NCBI GenBank assembly: GCA_041690135.1
Contig: JAWLHY010000002.1
Span: forward strand, 1,200,342-1,264,341
DNA length: 64,000 bases
DNA from: Armatimonadota bacterium
Lineage (GTDB): Bacteria > Armatimonadota > SYMT01
Reading direction: 5' to 3'
The notes under the pieces were generated by a model that saw nothing but the letters and a program-made list of their open reading frames with translations, made no database searches and was not told the origin of the DNA. The first letter of the stretch is position 1, and each line of letters starts with the position of its first letter. Below are positions 61,556-64,000 of the stretch, piece after piece. The position numbers and the translations under genes are program-made.

Positions 61556-64000
61556 ATGAATTATCCCCAACTCATAGCTCAACTAGCAACTGTGCAGCCG
61601 GTCTCCGAGACCGAGGTGCGAACCAAGATCGCCATACCTCTTTTCTCGGCTCTGGGATGGAAGGATGCCGGTCGAGCCGAAGAGTTCCCGGTTTACGGGC
61701 ACGGTGGTGGCACGGCGCTCCCGCCTAAGTTCGCAGACATCCTTTACTTCAGCAGTGACGACCACCCAAGCCATAGAGACCGAAGCCAACGGCAGTGGGT
61801 GATGGAACACTCGCTGCTCGTGGTGGAACTCAAGAAGCCTTCCGAGACCATTGAAGTCGAAGGACAGGCGCAGTTCTACGCAGTCTGGACACGAGCACCG
61901 TTCTATGTCATCACGAACGGACGCGAACTCGCCGTCTACCGCATCGAGCCATTCTTTCATGACGTGTTGGAGCTCTGCTTTCCTCTGTGCGAACTCGCCA
62001 GCCACTGGCAGAAACTCAAAGGCCTGCTTGCTCCAAGCAATGTCGCCGAATACTGTATCGCCAACAAGCTCAAGGCCATCAATCCCGCAGAAAGCAGATA
62101 CGGGGATTACGTGAGCGCTTCCCTGCTTCTCTACGATGCCAGACTTCGGCAGTCGCTCTCGCGCTCTGTCACCGCGCACTCCGGGCTGCCCACCCTCGCT
62201 GCACCAATCTGCCTCAGCGCGCCCGATCCCGCATTTTCAGAGGTGAGTGCAGCGCCCTATGCGGAGGTCGTGGAGCAGCACCGCACTTGTGTACTGCTGT
62301 CGGAACCAGGAGGCGGCAAGACCTACCTGCTGCAACTCATCGCACGCGACGCGTTCGCCGCCAATCTCCAGTCAGAAGCCAATCCTGTTCCGGTCTTCAT
62401 CCCGGCGAAGCTTTGGAGCCGCTCGTTCCGGCACCTCGCCCAGGCGGTTCACCAGGCGGTGCGCCCGTTCTCTCCGGACTCGTTACTAGTGGAGGTCGAG
62501 GCCGAACTCCGTGCCGGGAGATTCCTCATCTTAATTGATGGCTTGGATGAAGTCCTCCAAGCACCTGACGCCCTGACCTACGAAATTCTTCAGATCGCAC
62601 AGTCGACCCGATCGCGGCTGATCGTGACGTGCCGCTCCAGCGACTACCATCAGCAGTTGCAAGACCAGTTCGACGCCTTTGTCATCGATCCGCTCACTCC
62701 GGAGCAGATTGAGCAGTATGCCTCCCGGGTCTTGGGCCGAGCCGGCGAGCACTTTCTCTATTCCATCGGCCCCGACCTGTCTGATCTGGTCCGCAACCCA
62801 CTGCTCCTGATGATGACCATCTTGGTGATGGACAGAGCGCCAGGACACCGCCTTCCCAAGAACCGCGCTAACCTGTATCGGCACTTCGCTACCCTGCTCC
62901 TCACCGAGTGGCAGGCGCGCCGAGCCGATGAGGGAGCCTTTGTTGTTGATCAGGAAACGAAAGAAGCAGCCCTGGCGCAATACGCCTGGCAGACCCGGAG
63001 ACGGATCCCCTCCGATCGGGTCCTCAACGCAGCTATCCAAGCGCAGCATCCGATTTGGCCGGCGCCAATGGTTCGACGGGAGTTGTTGAAGTCTGGGCTT
63101 TTGGTTCCCACGGCTCACGGGCCTGATTTCTTTCATCCTTCGTTCCGGGAGTTCTTTGCTGCACTTCATCTGGCGACCAGCCCGGACGCAGACGTACGCT
63201 CGTTCATCGAGTCGGAGCACCGTGACGACCGCAGTAGGGAGGTTTTCGCCTTCCTGGCGGGTCTCCTACAGGATGCTGACCGACAGGCCCTTCTACTCGA
63301 CTTCTTGGAGGAGGCCAACCTCCGGCTGTATCGGGCGTGTCTTTTGTCTCGTTTCGAACGGATTACGGGCGGCCCGGCGTCGTGGAGCGCCAGCCAATCC
63401 TTTGACTACCTCAACCAACTGCGGCTCACCTACGAGCGGATCGTCGGCGCGCTGTTTCCTGAGATCAAGCTCTTGCTGCCACCCTGGAACGCTGCGGATG
63501 ACGTACCCCAAGAAGCGGCATATGGTTATGAGCTCCAGATCGAGGGCGGAATTGACCCTACGGTTCCTTCTGCGGCCTACGAACTCCGAGCGGTAGCACC
63601 GACGGATCCGACACCACGGGTTGTAGTCAGAGAGTTCCGCGGAGTCCCATTCATCACCATCGGCGGGGCAGATGGTGCACGGCACACCATTGCTCTTTCC
63701 AGTTTGTCCCTTGGCAATCAGAGGAGCCATGACCTTCGTTACGCCGATCAAGGGCTAGATAGTGCTAGGGAGATAGCCTTTAGGGAAATCCGTAAGTCGG
63801 TCTACTCTCTTCTTGATGCCCGGAGGCTCGGATACGCCGCGAGCTACTACCTGATCTGCGAATCGGCGGAGCGTTACCTTCAATCGCTAAACCATGCCGC
63901 GAAGCGCAAGCGCAGTGCTGAATTTAGGGAGCTCCGTGATCTTTCCTTGTACACTGTCCCGCTTGACCACATCCTGCACCTGCTCGTAGGCTGGTATGAG
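61556..64000 (+). CDS. HsdR-N-like PD-(D/E)XK nuclease fused to a NACHT/STAND NTPase (3' end outside the window)
   Basis: My translation: 'SETEVRTKIAIPLFSALGW...ADILYF...VVELKK...QAQFY...ITNG'; Walker A 'SEPGGGKT'; Walker B 'LILIDGLDEV'; 'IVTCR'; 'NPLLL'; 'FFHPSFREFFAA'; no stop seen before the window end, so absent from the ORF track. Confidence 0.88.
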   Translation, partial: MNYPQLIAQLATVQPVSETEVRTKIAIPLFSALGWKDAGRAEEFPVYGHGGGTALPPKFADILYFSSDDHPSHRDRSQRQWVMEHSLLVVELKKPSETIEVEGQAQFYAVWTRAPFYVITNGRELAVYRIEPFFHDVLELCFPLCELASHWQKLKGLLAPSNVAEYCIANKLKAINPAESRYGDYVSASLLLYDARLRQSLSRSVTAHSGLPTLAAPICLSAPDPAFSEVSAAPYAEVVEQHRTCVLLSEPGGGKTYLLQLIARDAFAANLQSEANPVPVFIPAKLWSRSFRHLAQAVHQAVRPFSPDSLLVEVEAELRAGRFLILIDGLDEVLQAPDALTYEILQIAQSTRSRLIVTCRSSDYHQQLQDQFDAFVIDPLTPEQIEQYASRVLGRAGEHFLYSIGPDLSDLVRNPLLLMMTILVMDRAPGHRLPKNRANLYRHFATLLLTEWQARRADEGAFVVDQETKEAALAQYAWQTRRRIPSDRVLNAAIQAQHPIWPAPMVRRELLKSGLLVPTAHGPDFFHPSFREFFAALHLATSPDADVRSFIESEHRDDRSREVFAFLAGLLQDADRQALLLDFLEEANLRLYRACLLSRFERITGGPASWSASQSFDYLNQLRLTYERIVGALFPEIKLLLPPWNAADDVPQEAAYGYELQIEGGIDPTVPSAAYELRAVAPTDPTPRVVVREFRGVPFITIGGADGARHTIALSSLSLGNQRSHDLRYADQGLDSAREIAFREIRKSVYSLLDARRLGYAASYYLICESAERYLQSLNHAAKRKRSAEFRELRDLSLYTVPLDHILHLLVGWYE

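Noticed and set aside
61583-63751. Minus-strand and short ORFs listed in the last 2.5 kb
   Set aside because: Shadows of the unlisted plus-strand nuclease-NACHT gene starting at 61556

Overview
A high-GC bacterial chromosomal window. PEP-CTERM, Uma2, DUF1592/DUF1552 and sulfatase genes suggest an Armatimonadota/Planctomycetota-like organism (inference). It holds mostly accessory metabolic and stress genes (PQQ dehydrogenase, sulfatases, ilvA, gdhA, Fur/PerR-katG, SRPBCC, AraC-SDR). Five things stand out. (1) At the right end is a putative anti-phage island: a HEPN protein plus a restriction-like nuclease-NACHT/STAND protein (61556->64000) that the ORF track missed. It follows a run of truncated genes. 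(2) Two non-coding repeat families are nested. Two inverted copies of a ~150-bp TA-flanked MITE bracket an HNH gene and appear inserted at a TA whose empty site survives in a second copy of the host repeat. (3) A classical Ile-sensing leader-peptide attenuator lies before ilvA. (4) A cysteine-motif-less MauE/MauD/MauD module is coupled to three glycosyltransferase-like genes. (5) There is an orphan Rgt/Gtf-like glycosyltransferase. No rRNA, tRNA, CRISPR array or intact transposase/integrase was recognised. All family assignments come from motif recognition by eye, not database searches.
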